In this document: in pieces, positions 30,310 through 38,882 of the stretch
How the letters are laid out: each line of letters starts with the position of its first letter
How positions within the stretch are numbered: position 1 is the first letter of the stretch
Assembly: GCA_943788835.1 (NCBI GenBank)
Contig: CALSRU010000005.1
Location: 213,343-277,342 of the forward strand
DNA from: an uncultured Pseudomonadales bacterium
GTDB lineage: Bacteria; Pseudomonadota; Gammaproteobacteria; Pseudomonadales; UBA7434
Reading direction: 5' to 3'
Length of the DNA stretch: 64,000 nt
Notes under the pieces: generated by a model
Told to the model about the DNA's origin: nothing
The model's input: only the letters and a program-made list of their open reading frames with translations
Databases searched by the model: none
Program-made: the position numbers and the translations under genes

Positions 30310-31336
30310 TGGCGGCGCGGAGTCCTTTGAGCATTAAAATATTTCCTTAAGTTGCTAGCATCTAAATTTGGCAGGCATAACTGGCCAGCCGTTAGGCCCC
30401 GCTTAAAAATATTAGCTTATCACCGGAGTGCTGCCTAGAGATGACCCGCAGGTTGAGTTGGAGCAGCCTGCAATGTGGGTCACACCAGAAACTTTCGAAA
30501 AAAATATTGTCTGGTTAAAAGAAAAATTCGAGATCATTAGGTTAAAGGATTGGGTTTCAACAAGCACTAGCACATTTAAAAATAAAAATTATTGCTGCAT
30601 AACATTTGATGATGGCTGGCTAGACAATTACCAGTACGCACTCCCAATTCTGGTTAAGCATAATATACCTATCACGTTGTTCTGTGTTTCGGAGATGATT
30701 GAAAGTGGTTTGGATTTCTGGCCGGGGCGGCTGGCGAGTTACGTCAGGCAGTCGGTTGGGACGGGGCGTTGGCCGGAATGTTTAGATGATTGGCCTTGGT
30801 TAAATGCGGTTGTATCGGATGATGAGGCAATTAAGCAGCGACCGTTGGGCCAAGCAAATATGGATAAGTTGATTGATGGATGTAAAATTTATTCTGATTC
30901 AGACATCAACCAATTTTTAGATATTATGTTTGAGAACGAGCGTAAAGACTATGTTCAACCGAGAAGACTACTTAATACAATAGAAGTCCGAGAAATGATT
31001 GAGACGGGCTTGGTTGATATAGGGTCACATACAAAATACCACACACGTCTGACTACATTACGCACGGATACTCAACTTACAGACGAAATATTGGGTTCGA
31101 AGTTGTCTCTCGAGGCTCGTTTTGGGGTGACAGTAGATCTATTTTGCTACCCCAATGGGCATTGGACTCGACCGGCCATTGAAATGGTTGAGCAATATTA
31201 CTTAGGCGGTTGTGTGCTGAGGTCGGGATGGAACTATCAAGGCCAAAGTCTAGGTGATCTGAAAAGATTCAATATGCATGAAGATATTGCTAATGAGAAA
31301 GTTGAGTTTTTTTCAAGAATGTCAGGATTTATCTAA
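30309..31336 (+). pseudogene. polysaccharide deacetylase (CE4), 5' end broken by two frameshifts
   Basis: The track ORF 30428-31336 (frame 2) has CE4 motifs (ITFDDGW, GSHTKYH, FCYPNG). The expected N-terminus is present in other frames: ATG 30309 (frame 3, MAARSPLSIKIFP*), then frame 1 at 30331-30435 (ALKYFLKLLASKFGRHNWPAVRPRLKILAYHRSAA*). The join is YHR/VLPRDDP. Confidence 0.7.
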
Positions 31337-31482
31337 GGAGCATACGTTTTAAATCCTGTTTTTCGCGAGTCTATATGGTTTGACTATGACAACCATGCAG
31401 AGGCACGGGGGCATTTTTTTGCTGAGATATATCTAAGTGTGCCCGGCCCTTTGCACTTATTTCTGGGCAAGTTCTGCTCCTG

Positions 31483-32286
31483 TTACCTAATAGTTGATGC
31501 TGAAAACCCGAGGCATGAACCATTTAACATACAATCAGGATAAACAAGGCTTGCATTGAGCTTGCACCGTGCACCCACTTGCTTAAAGTCATGGGCCTTA
31601 TTATCTGGATAGTCTATGTTTCTGCCAATGAAGCCGTCCGCAGCATGACAAGTTGGCTTGTATGTAGAGGCCAGTTTAGCCGCCCCACTAAGTGATACTA
31701 AATAAGCAGCAGCGGAGGCCCTCCATGATTCAGTATTATATAAGTTGCCTTTGATTTTTCCGTTCGGCGGATAGTGAGAAAGAGCGGAGCTTAGAAAAAT
31801 AATATCCCAATTGGCAGGGAGGCTAGCAACATCGATTGAATTTATTCGGCTTGTGACGAAAATGGCGTCGTCTTCTAAAATCAATGCCATCTTTTGGTTA
31901 TTTGCGACGATTTGATCGTATATTTTTCCGTGCGACAGCGAAAGCGCTATTTCGCCTAATCGAAGAGGCCTGCCATGATATTTTCTGGCGGTCGCGTCAT
32001 CGTATAGCCCATCGCGAGTAAGGCCTTCTACATCCAGCTCCGCTCCGTTTATACCTTCGACAAACTGGAAGTTCGAGAACTCGGTTCTATCAACTTGCTC
32101 TAGCATAAAAGCCCGTCGTTCTCTGGCGCTGGGAAGGTTGATGCAATATACGGGTATGCTGGCCAAGGCTTTGTTTTTGATTTTTTTTGTGGGCATGATG
32201 CCAAGTTTAAAATATACATGGTACAAGCCGACTATCGGGTCGTTCAGGACGGTCTTTATTCTGTTTATTAAAGTTGAGCCTAGCAT
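31483..32286 (-). CDS. glycosyltransferase family 25
   Basis: Motifs IPVYCINLPSARERRAFMLEQ and LILEDDA are typical of GT25 (LgtB/Lic2B-like) enzymes. The start is either 32286 (SD-like GGGGTGAG, 80-nt overlap with the upstream gene) or Met31 at 32196. Confidence 0.8.
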   Translation of the reverse strand: MLGSTLINRIKTVLNDPIVGLYHVYFKLGIMPTKKIKNKALASIPVYCINLPSARERRAFMLEQVDRTEFSNFQFVEGINGAELDVEGLTRDGLYDDATARKYHGRPLRLGEIALSLSHGKIYDQIVANNQKMALILEDDAIFVTSRINSIDVASLPANWDIIFLSSALSHYPPNGKIKGNLYNTESWRASAAAYLVSLSGAAKLASTYKPTCHAADGFIGRNIDYPDNKAHDFKQVGARCKLNASLVYPDCMLNGSCLGFSASTIR

Positions 32287-33007
32287 GTCTCACCCCATTT
32301 TTTACCGTGGCTTTGATAGAAATAGTTTGCGATGTGATCAGCGCTATAAAATACCCGCCCATCGAGGCGGGCCTCAATGGGCGCTTCGAACTCATTGTGT
32401 TTACTGGTAATATCGAGACTGGATTTCCCTTTGCGATGCTAAAGGGCGGGATATTTTGGTCTACAACGCTGCCTGCTCCAACGATGCTTCCTTTACCTAT
32501 AGTTACCCCGGGTAAAACGATAACCGCAGTTCCAAGCCATACATCATCCTCTATGCAAATAGGCTTATAACTTCCTTTGCTGTTTATTCTATTTTCAGGA
32601 TGGGCGAATGAGGCGTTGTGGCCACTACCGTCAATAATCTGACAGTTTGCAGCTATAAGGCAGCGCGCACCGATTTCAATGCTTAAGTGCGCATGAATAC
32701 ACGAACCGTGGATTCTTGTGTTGTCTCCAATTTTTATTCTTGCACCTGGTATGTCGGCAAACAATTTAACAGGAGAATACATATTCACATGGTAACCACG
32801 ATTTCGTGAGTTGAGTAACACATTTTTGCCGATAAATAGCTCTGTGCCTTGTTGAATATCGATGATTGGAACACCATCAAATTTAAGTTTACCCTCGTGC
32901 TTGATACGAGATGATAGAGAGAAAATGAAGACTCCATAAATAAAGGAAATTAGTCTAGATATGGGTTTTAGTGGGTCATTAAGTATGGCTCTTAGGATTT
33001 TTTTCAT
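32207..33007 (-). CDS. hexapeptide-repeat (left-handed beta-helix) acetyltransferase with an atypically long C-terminal tail
   Basis: 266 aa. Hexapeptide repeats include IKIGDNTRIHGSCI, IEIGARCLIAANCQI and VWLGTAVIVLPGVTIGKGSIVGAGSVV, ending with AKGNPVS. A further ~65 aa without recognisable features follow. Confidence 0.8.
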   Translation of the reverse strand: MKKILRAILNDPLKPISRLISFIYGVFIFSLSSRIKHEGKLKFDGVPIIDIQQGTELFIGKNVLLNSRNRGYHVNMYSPVKLFADIPGARIKIGDNTRIHGSCIHAHLSIEIGARCLIAANCQIIDGSGHNASFAHPENRINSKGSYKPICIEDDVWLGTAVIVLPGVTIGKGSIVGAGSVVDQNIPPFSIAKGNPVSILPVNTMSSKRPLRPASMGGYFIALITSQTISIKATVKNGVRHARLNFNKQNKDRPERPDSRLVPCIF

Positions 33008-34005
33008 GCTCTGTCGCCAGTCAAGGCGCGTATTTTTAATTCAGCGTCGTGGAGGAGTTTTTCCCACTTAGTGTTAAATATGGCTTTATAGGTCTTAATA
33101 TCTCGTTGATAAACCTTAGGGGACAAGAAGTAGTCTTCTATCGCTCGCCTACAGTCTTCAGTTGATATTCTAGAATATAAAAAGCCGCTTTCAAAAACGG
33201 ATTTTGAGGAGGGTGAACTTGAAACAACGCAGGGCACTTCAACGGCCATGGCTTCATAACCGCCACAAACGAGTACTGTTGGATCTGTAGAAATATCGAT
33301 TAAGAGGTTTGAGTTCGAAATTAGTCCATCAAAATCTTCAAACGACAAGTACCCAGTAAATGTAATGTTATTTTTCTGTAAATAATAATCATAGGCGTGC
33401 TCTTCAGGCAGTCGACCTGTAACGAAAAGGTGGGCCTTTGAGGCTTGGTTTGATTCAAGAAATGCATCGAGGATGAGCTGAATAGGTTCATCATGCTGAA
33501 AAGACGAAATAACCGTTATGGACGGTAGTTTGTGATGTAAATATTGTTTAGGGGGTGGATTTTTGGGGATGTCAGGAATACAGTCCGGTAATAGTGCTCT
33601 TTTAGTTGCGTATTTATCTAAAATCGGGAACACAGTATCATTGGTGACAACGATTAGATCAGCATTTTTTACTGACCTTTCGACAAACCATCTTGTCAGG
33701 CTAGGCTGCTTGTTTAGTCTGTAGGTTACCCCATTATGCGCATCCATAACTAATTTGAAGCCAAATATTTGCTTTAGTAGGGTGCAGAAGAAGGCTAAGA
33801 CGTAAGAAGGCGTTTGTACTATGATTACCCTAGGTGAGTTATTGAGAATAGTTTCGACAGTTTTAATAATGCAATAGCTGTAGCGAAAAATGGGGTTACC
33901 ACCATAGACGATTTCAAATAAGGGAATGTTGATTTTTTTGGCCAGTGTGCGGGTTCGCCGATGGTGCTCCCATGAGATAAAAATAATGTCATTGTTTTTT
34001 TGCAT
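33004..34005 (-). CDS. glycosyltransferase (GT-B-like)
   Basis: 333 aa. The stop overlaps the start of the downstream acetyltransferase (ATGA-type coupling). The two-domain GT-B-like pattern includes PCVVSSSPSSKSVFESGFLY. The assignment is weak. Confidence 0.5.
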   Translation of the reverse strand: MQKNNDIIFISWEHHRRTRTLAKKINIPLFEIVYGGNPIFRYSYCIIKTVETILNNSPRVIIVQTPSYVLAFFCTLLKQIFGFKLVMDAHNGVTYRLNKQPSLTRWFVERSVKNADLIVVTNDTVFPILDKYATKRALLPDCIPDIPKNPPPKQYLHHKLPSITVISSFQHDEPIQLILDAFLESNQASKAHLFVTGRLPEEHAYDYYLQKNNITFTGYLSFEDFDGLISNSNLLIDISTDPTVLVCGGYEAMAVEVPCVVSSSPSSKSVFESGFLYSRISTEDCRRAIEDYFLSPKVYQRDIKTYKAIFNTKWEKLLHDAELKIRALTGDRA

Positions 34006-34172
34006 GTTATGGCCTTGGAGGGACGCTGGACTTGGTTATATGACCGCTTTTGTATTAATCATCTCAAGTATAGACACTTTAACAGTTACGTGCTGACCTA
34101 CAATCAGGCATTTGCGGCTGACTGCGAGTGCCAGCAAGAGTTTATGAACTCAATCTTGAATAGGCCCTATTT

Positions 34173-35580
34173 ATGGATTTAAAGCGACTTTATTCTTTGG
34201 CTCCACACGGTTTGAAAAGTGTTTTACTCAATGCTTATTCTGCCGCGCTTTATTTAGAGCGTTACGGAAAATCTTTCCGGAATATTTCCGAACAATTAGA
34301 GAGCACGCAATGGTACTCAGCCGATGAAATAAAAAAGTATCAGGATTCTAAGCTCAGAGAATTGGTTCAACACGCCTATAAAAACGTACCGTACTACCAC
34401 CAAATGTTCAACGATTTGGGTCTTAGAGCGGCGGATATTAGAACAGTCAATGATTTAAAAAAATTGCCTGTTCTTACTAAGGCTGATATCAAGACGAACT
34501 CAAGCTTGTTGTTATCACGCGTTCATACTGCAAATTCACGCGGTATGAAGTTTGGAGGAACTTCAGGGACAACTGGGTCGCCTCTTCGTGTCGGGTGGAG
34601 TAGGCATATGCGAATCTTTAACAATGCTATTGATTGGCGCCAAAAGCGATGGGCCGGGATTGAACCAGGCGAGCCTATTGTGATGCTACTTGGGCAGCCT
34701 ATTGTTCAATTAGATAAGACTAAACCTCCGTTTTGGCAGCAAGATCTATGTCCAAAATTTTTTGTGGATGTCAGCTTTTCATCTGCACGCTGATTACATG
34801 CCAATGTATGTTGAAAAGATATTATCATTTCGGCCATCAGCCGTAGAGGGTTACCCATCAACGCTGTTTGAATTTGCAAAATTTCTTTTACGTACAGGGA
34901 AAAAAATCCAAGTTAAAGCTGTTTTCTGTTCGTCGGAGCCGCTACATAAGCATTATCGAGAAACTATTGAGCAAGCTTTTGGGTGTAAAGTGTTCGATTT
35001 TTATGGTTTGGCGGAACGAACAATTTTTGCAACTCAGTGCCAAGAGCATGCCGGGCAGCATTTAAATTTCGAGTATGGCATATCAGAATTATTAGATGAG
35101 GAAGGCAATGATGCATTAGGGCAGGAGGGTGTGTTAGTGACTACAAGCTTAGAAAATTTCGGCATGCCGTTAATTCGTTACCAAGTTAGCGATCGAACAA
35201 TGTTGATAGACGAGCCTTGCGCCTGTGGCCGAGCGATGCCGCGGATGAGAGAGGTAGTTAGCAAATATGAAGACATGATTTACCGTGTTGATGGCACAGC
35301 GATCTCTCCGTCTATTCTTACGCATCCTTTTAAATTGATTGAGTCTATTAATCAGTCACAGATTGTGCAGCTTGATGCTCACATAGTATATTGCTTAAAA
35401 TCGTCAAGGCTGACGGTTACAACGATAGTGATGAGCGCCAGTTACTGGCGGCTTTTCGAGGCTCGTGTTGGTGAGGATATGAAAGTTTCTATTGAATATT
35501 CTAATCATTTAGCTCGCGATCCCTCAGGCAAGTTTAGGTGGGTTGTCAATCAGTCCATAAGCGGCGAGCAACTATTGTGA
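34173..35580 (+). pseudogene. CapK / coenzyme F390 synthetase-like adenylate-forming enzyme (PaaK family), frameshifted
   Basis: Two overlapping ORFs: 34173-34793 (frame 3) and 34762-35580 (frame 1). The AMP-binding motif GGTSGTTGSP is in the first part, and GYPSTLFEFA plus the rest of the adenylation fold are in the second. The junction is at the A4T6 run 34754-34763. Removing one T gives ...CPKFLWMSAFHL... Confidence 0.75.
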
Positions 35581-35593
35581 TGAGTGCTGCAGA

Positions 35594-37081
35594 TTACGGG
35601 GTGATTTCAATCGACAGCGAAGAAGGTGGATTAGGATTGGATGTTAACGTTGAGGTGGACATAAAGCTGGTGAGTAATCCAATAACCTCACTGCCTCTTT
35701 GGTAAGGTCCAACATTATCGCCGTTTGGCATAAAATTTAACCCTAACGAGCCGCCTGGCAGCTTATAATTTTGCGATGATAGACTGACGGCCATACTTGC
35801 AATAGGGCTCAATACTGAATTTAAATCGGGGGGGGTAGGCAAAATAGATTCGCTCACTAATCCTTGCCATTGATTAAGCGTGGTGGTTTTAAATGAATAT
35901 GGGTTGTAGCCATAGAGCCAGCTTTTTGGTTGAGAAGTAAATATATTATGATCAACTCGAATTAATTTATCAGACAACAGTCTAAAGTCGTAAACAACGT
36001 CTTCATTGCTATGGTAAATGTTGCCAAATATCGAAGCCTGAAGATTATTGACCTCCCGTATCACTATCGCATTTGACCCCGGGGTTTGAGATCCTTCACC
36101 GTTGAAGAAATTATGAGCAACAATTGCAGTGCCGCCAAACGGGTCTGCAATGTCAACTGCCATATAATAATTTTCGAAAATATTATTTGAAATCAGAATT
36201 TTATGGGGGCTGTTGGTCCTAGGTGCTTTACCACTATCTACTATGCTTACGTAGTTATTGGTAAATTTGTTGTATCTTATAATGGATTGGTACCCTTCGC
36301 TCGGCAGATCTAGAGCCTGAGTTTTCCAGTATACGGCTCTTGATCCACATCGAGAAAACAGGTTGTGCTCTATTTTTATATTCCAGAGCGCATAGGAAAG
36401 TATGCAACTATTGTGACTCTTCTCGTCTACGAGTTCAGTAGTGCCGACTCGATCCACCATGTTATTACGAATAATTGCATCTCGAACTTGATAGATTCTA
36501 ATAGCAGAGTTGTTTTTGCCTGCCCCGTCGCCGTATGTATCGGTTATTTTATTGCCCTCAATTACCAGACCTATAGACCACTTGGAGGTTTCATTAAATG
36601 AGATATTACCTGCATCCGGGACGTTGATAGCCACACCACGAGCATTGCGTATGTTTAGATTTTTTATGTGTATATGGTCTTGATGGCCTCCCAGCTGAAA
36701 GCCAACATAAATGGCTTGTAAGTCAATAGTTACATTACCTTCATCGCCGGGCGCCGCCTGAATAATAATGGGACTGGCCGAAGTGCCGCTCCGCGGCAGA
36801 TTTATTGCGACAGGAAGGGCAAAAAAGCCAGCACCATCGGTATCGGTTTCGTAGTAAGTCCCTGATTTGATATTTAACGTGTCGCCTGCATATAGCTTGT
36901 TGACTCCATACTGGACGCTGGCGCAAGGCTGTGATTGCGAGCAAGGGTGGCTATCCGAGCCATTAGCAGCGACCCAGTATGTAGTGGCCATTGCACTAAT
37001 GGGCGTAAAAGATAAGCAAACAAAAGTAAGCTTTAGTAGCCCAGCTTGAGCTTTACTTTTGATTTCAGTTTTAACACTCAT
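35594..37081 (-). CDS. secreted right-handed parallel beta-helix protein (pectate-lyase fold; candidate EPS lyase, hydrolase or epimerase)
   Basis: 495 aa with a signal peptide. The typical beta-helix N-terminal cap is TYWVAANGSDSHPCSQSQPCASVQYGVNKLYAGDTLNIKSGTY. Asn-ladder-like repeats include IRNN, IEHN, ISNN, VAHN and VDHN. Confidence 0.7.
   Translation of the reverse strand: MSVKTEIKSKAQAGLLKLTFVCLSFTPISAMATTYWVAANGSDSHPCSQSQPCASVQYGVNKLYAGDTLNIKSGTYYETDTDGAGFFALPVAINLPRSGTSASPIIIQAAPGDEGNVTIDLQAIYVGFQLGGHQDHIHIKNLNIRNARGVAINVPDAGNISFNETSKWSIGLVIEGNKITDTYGDGAGKNNSAIRIYQVRDAIIRNNMVDRVGTTELVDEKSHNSCILSYALWNIKIEHNLFSRCGSRAVYWKTQALDLPSEGYQSIIRYNKFTNNYVSIVDSGKAPRTNSPHKILISNNIFENYYMAVDIADPFGGTAIVAHNFFNGEGSQTPGSNAIVIREVNNLQASIFGNIYHSNEDVVYDFRLLSDKLIRVDHNIFTSQPKSWLYGYNPYSFKTTTLNQWQGLVSESILPTPPDLNSVLSPIASMAVSLSSQNYKLPGGSLGLNFMPNGDNVGPYQRGSEVIGLLTSFMSTSTLTSNPNPPSSLSIEITP
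35828..35835. repeat. G8 (C8 on the coding strand) homopolymer inside the beta-helix gene
   Basis: Read directly from the sequence. It encodes T-P-P of ...ILPTPPDLNS... and is in frame as given. Confidence 0.95.
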
Positions 37082-37526
37082 AAAACAACCACCCTACAGC
37101 TTTTCACTCGATGAAGCCAAAGTATAACCTAGTTAAATGCATCGCTGCTGGTACCAGTTCACACAGATGGGTTGTCGTATTTTAAATTTAATCATTACTC
37201 TCAGCTGAACCTCTAAGCCTTGCTAAATTCGGCATTGAGCGCAATTAGGTTCTGGCTAGTGAGGTGTTGAAGTTATGTACAACATATTGATTGTGAGCCA
37301 ATTTCGGTCTACCAGGAGCTGTTTATGTAGATAAGAGGTTCTTCAGGCATAGAATACCAACCTACTCAACCTAGTGATAGTATCTAAGGCCAAAATCCAT
37401 CGTCAACGGACAATAAAGAGATAACTGAGTGAGGCAATGCCCCATTTTAGGGGGTGGCTTGGCTATAAAGATATCTTTATAAATTTAGGGATGTTTAATG
37501 TTTATTTTTAACAGAAGTCAGCAATC

Positions 37527-37535
37527 GGGGGGGGG
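37527..37535. repeat. G9 homopolymer in the 680-bp spacer between the beta-helix gene and the GT4 gene
   Basis: Read directly from the sequence. It lies 446 nt upstream of the beta-helix start (minus strand) and 227 nt upstream of the GT4 start (plus strand). Confidence 0.95.
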
Positions 37536-37761
37536 CTGTTCGCTGCTGGGTTGTCACCTGGTGAGTCCGTAAATTAGGCCATGCCTCCCTAGCCTTTGTG
37601 AGATGGTGGCGTCATATAATTAAAAGTGTTCTTCGATCCAATCGCCGGTCAAGTTTAATTACTAGTCGATGTTTCAACCGGGGTATCGGCAATAATAGAA
37701 CGTTACACATCCGCCCTCGTCGCTGACAGGCTTAAGGCTACGTTTTAAGGAATTTTTTTGT

Positions 37762-38878
37762 ATGTTGAGTTCGTCTAAAAAGATTGGTTACTTCATCGAA
37801 ACTGGTGTGGCTGGCGGCGCCGAGGAGATTCTGTTTAATTTGGCCTGCCTTGCCAAAGCGGCGGGCTACGACCCTGTGGTATTTCATTTTCCGCATCCGT
37901 GGTTGAAAAATCAATGCATTGAACGGGGCGTGACATCTGTAGAGTTATCTATTCAGCGAACGTTTAAATCAACAGCGACTCTGCCCATTTTCGCCGTTCA
38001 ATTTGCGAGAGTCCTTCGTAGTGAGAATGATAGCTCTTTTGCATAGCCATCTTTTTGGCCCCATTGTTGGCGGAGGCCTGGCCGCTTTTTTGGCTCGGAT
38101 CCCTCATTTGGGCACGCTGCACGATATTTATATGGTGGAAGAAAAGCCCCTACGAATTCGACTGCTCCAATTGGTTGAGCGATTGGGTACTCGCTTTGTT
38201 GCTGTTTCAAAAAATATGCGCGACTTTTATACCCAGCACCACGGCATCTCTAAGCTAAAGTGCGCCACTATATATAACTACTGTGAGCTCAATACCTGCG
38301 CCTCGAATGTTAAGTGCGCGCCAAATATTAAGCTTTTCGTAGTGGGTAGGCTTATCAAATTAAAGCGGGTTGATAGAGTGATCAGTGTATTTTGTGGTCT
38401 TGCCAAAGAATATTCTAATATTGAGCTAGTCATTGTGGGTGAGGGCGAGGAGGCAGTGCCGCTTAAACAGCAGGTCCCCAAAAATCTAGAGCATCGCATT
38501 TCGTTTTTAGGCCGTCGCGAAGATGTAGCCAGGCTCCTGTGCAGCGCTGATATTTTTATACAATTTTCCGAAACCGAAGGTCTCTCGATGAGTATTTTAG
38601 AGGCAATTGCTGCGGGTTTGCCTGCGGTGGTGAGTGATGTGGGCGGTAATTCTGAACTTGTGGTTGACGACGTTAACGGCTTTTTAGTGCCGGCTGACAA
38701 TGATGGCGAGCTTGGCGAAAAGTTGGCTATACTCATAAACGACTGCGATTTGAGAGAAAGAATGGGGCGGTGTTCTCAAGCGGTGGCGGCCGAAAAGTTC
38801 AGTAAGGAGACTTTTGTTGAGCAATATTTTTCGCTTTATAATTTATTGTTATCAAGCAAAAATGCGCAAGTGAATTAA
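37762..38878 (+). pseudogene. glycosyltransferase family 4, frameshifted
   Basis: ORFs 37762-38046 (frame 1) and 38003-38878 (frame 2). The N-terminal part is IGYFIETGVAGGAEE. The C-terminal part has the GT4 motif SETEGLSMSILEAIAAGLPAVVSDVGGNSELV. The junction is near 38023-38030 (…FARVLRSE / IALLHSHLFGP…) and is not at a homopolymer. Confidence 0.75.
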
Positions 38879-38882
38879 GGCA

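Noticed and set aside
37275-37334. A 19-codon ORF, MYNILIVSQFRSTRSCLCR, in the long spacer. Its first 10 residues resemble the N-terminus of GT4 glycosyltransferases (M-x-ILIVSQ-F), which would suggest a gene remnant.
   Set aside because: It is far too short to distinguish from chance, and no continuation of glycosyltransferase-like sequence appears in any frame downstream.
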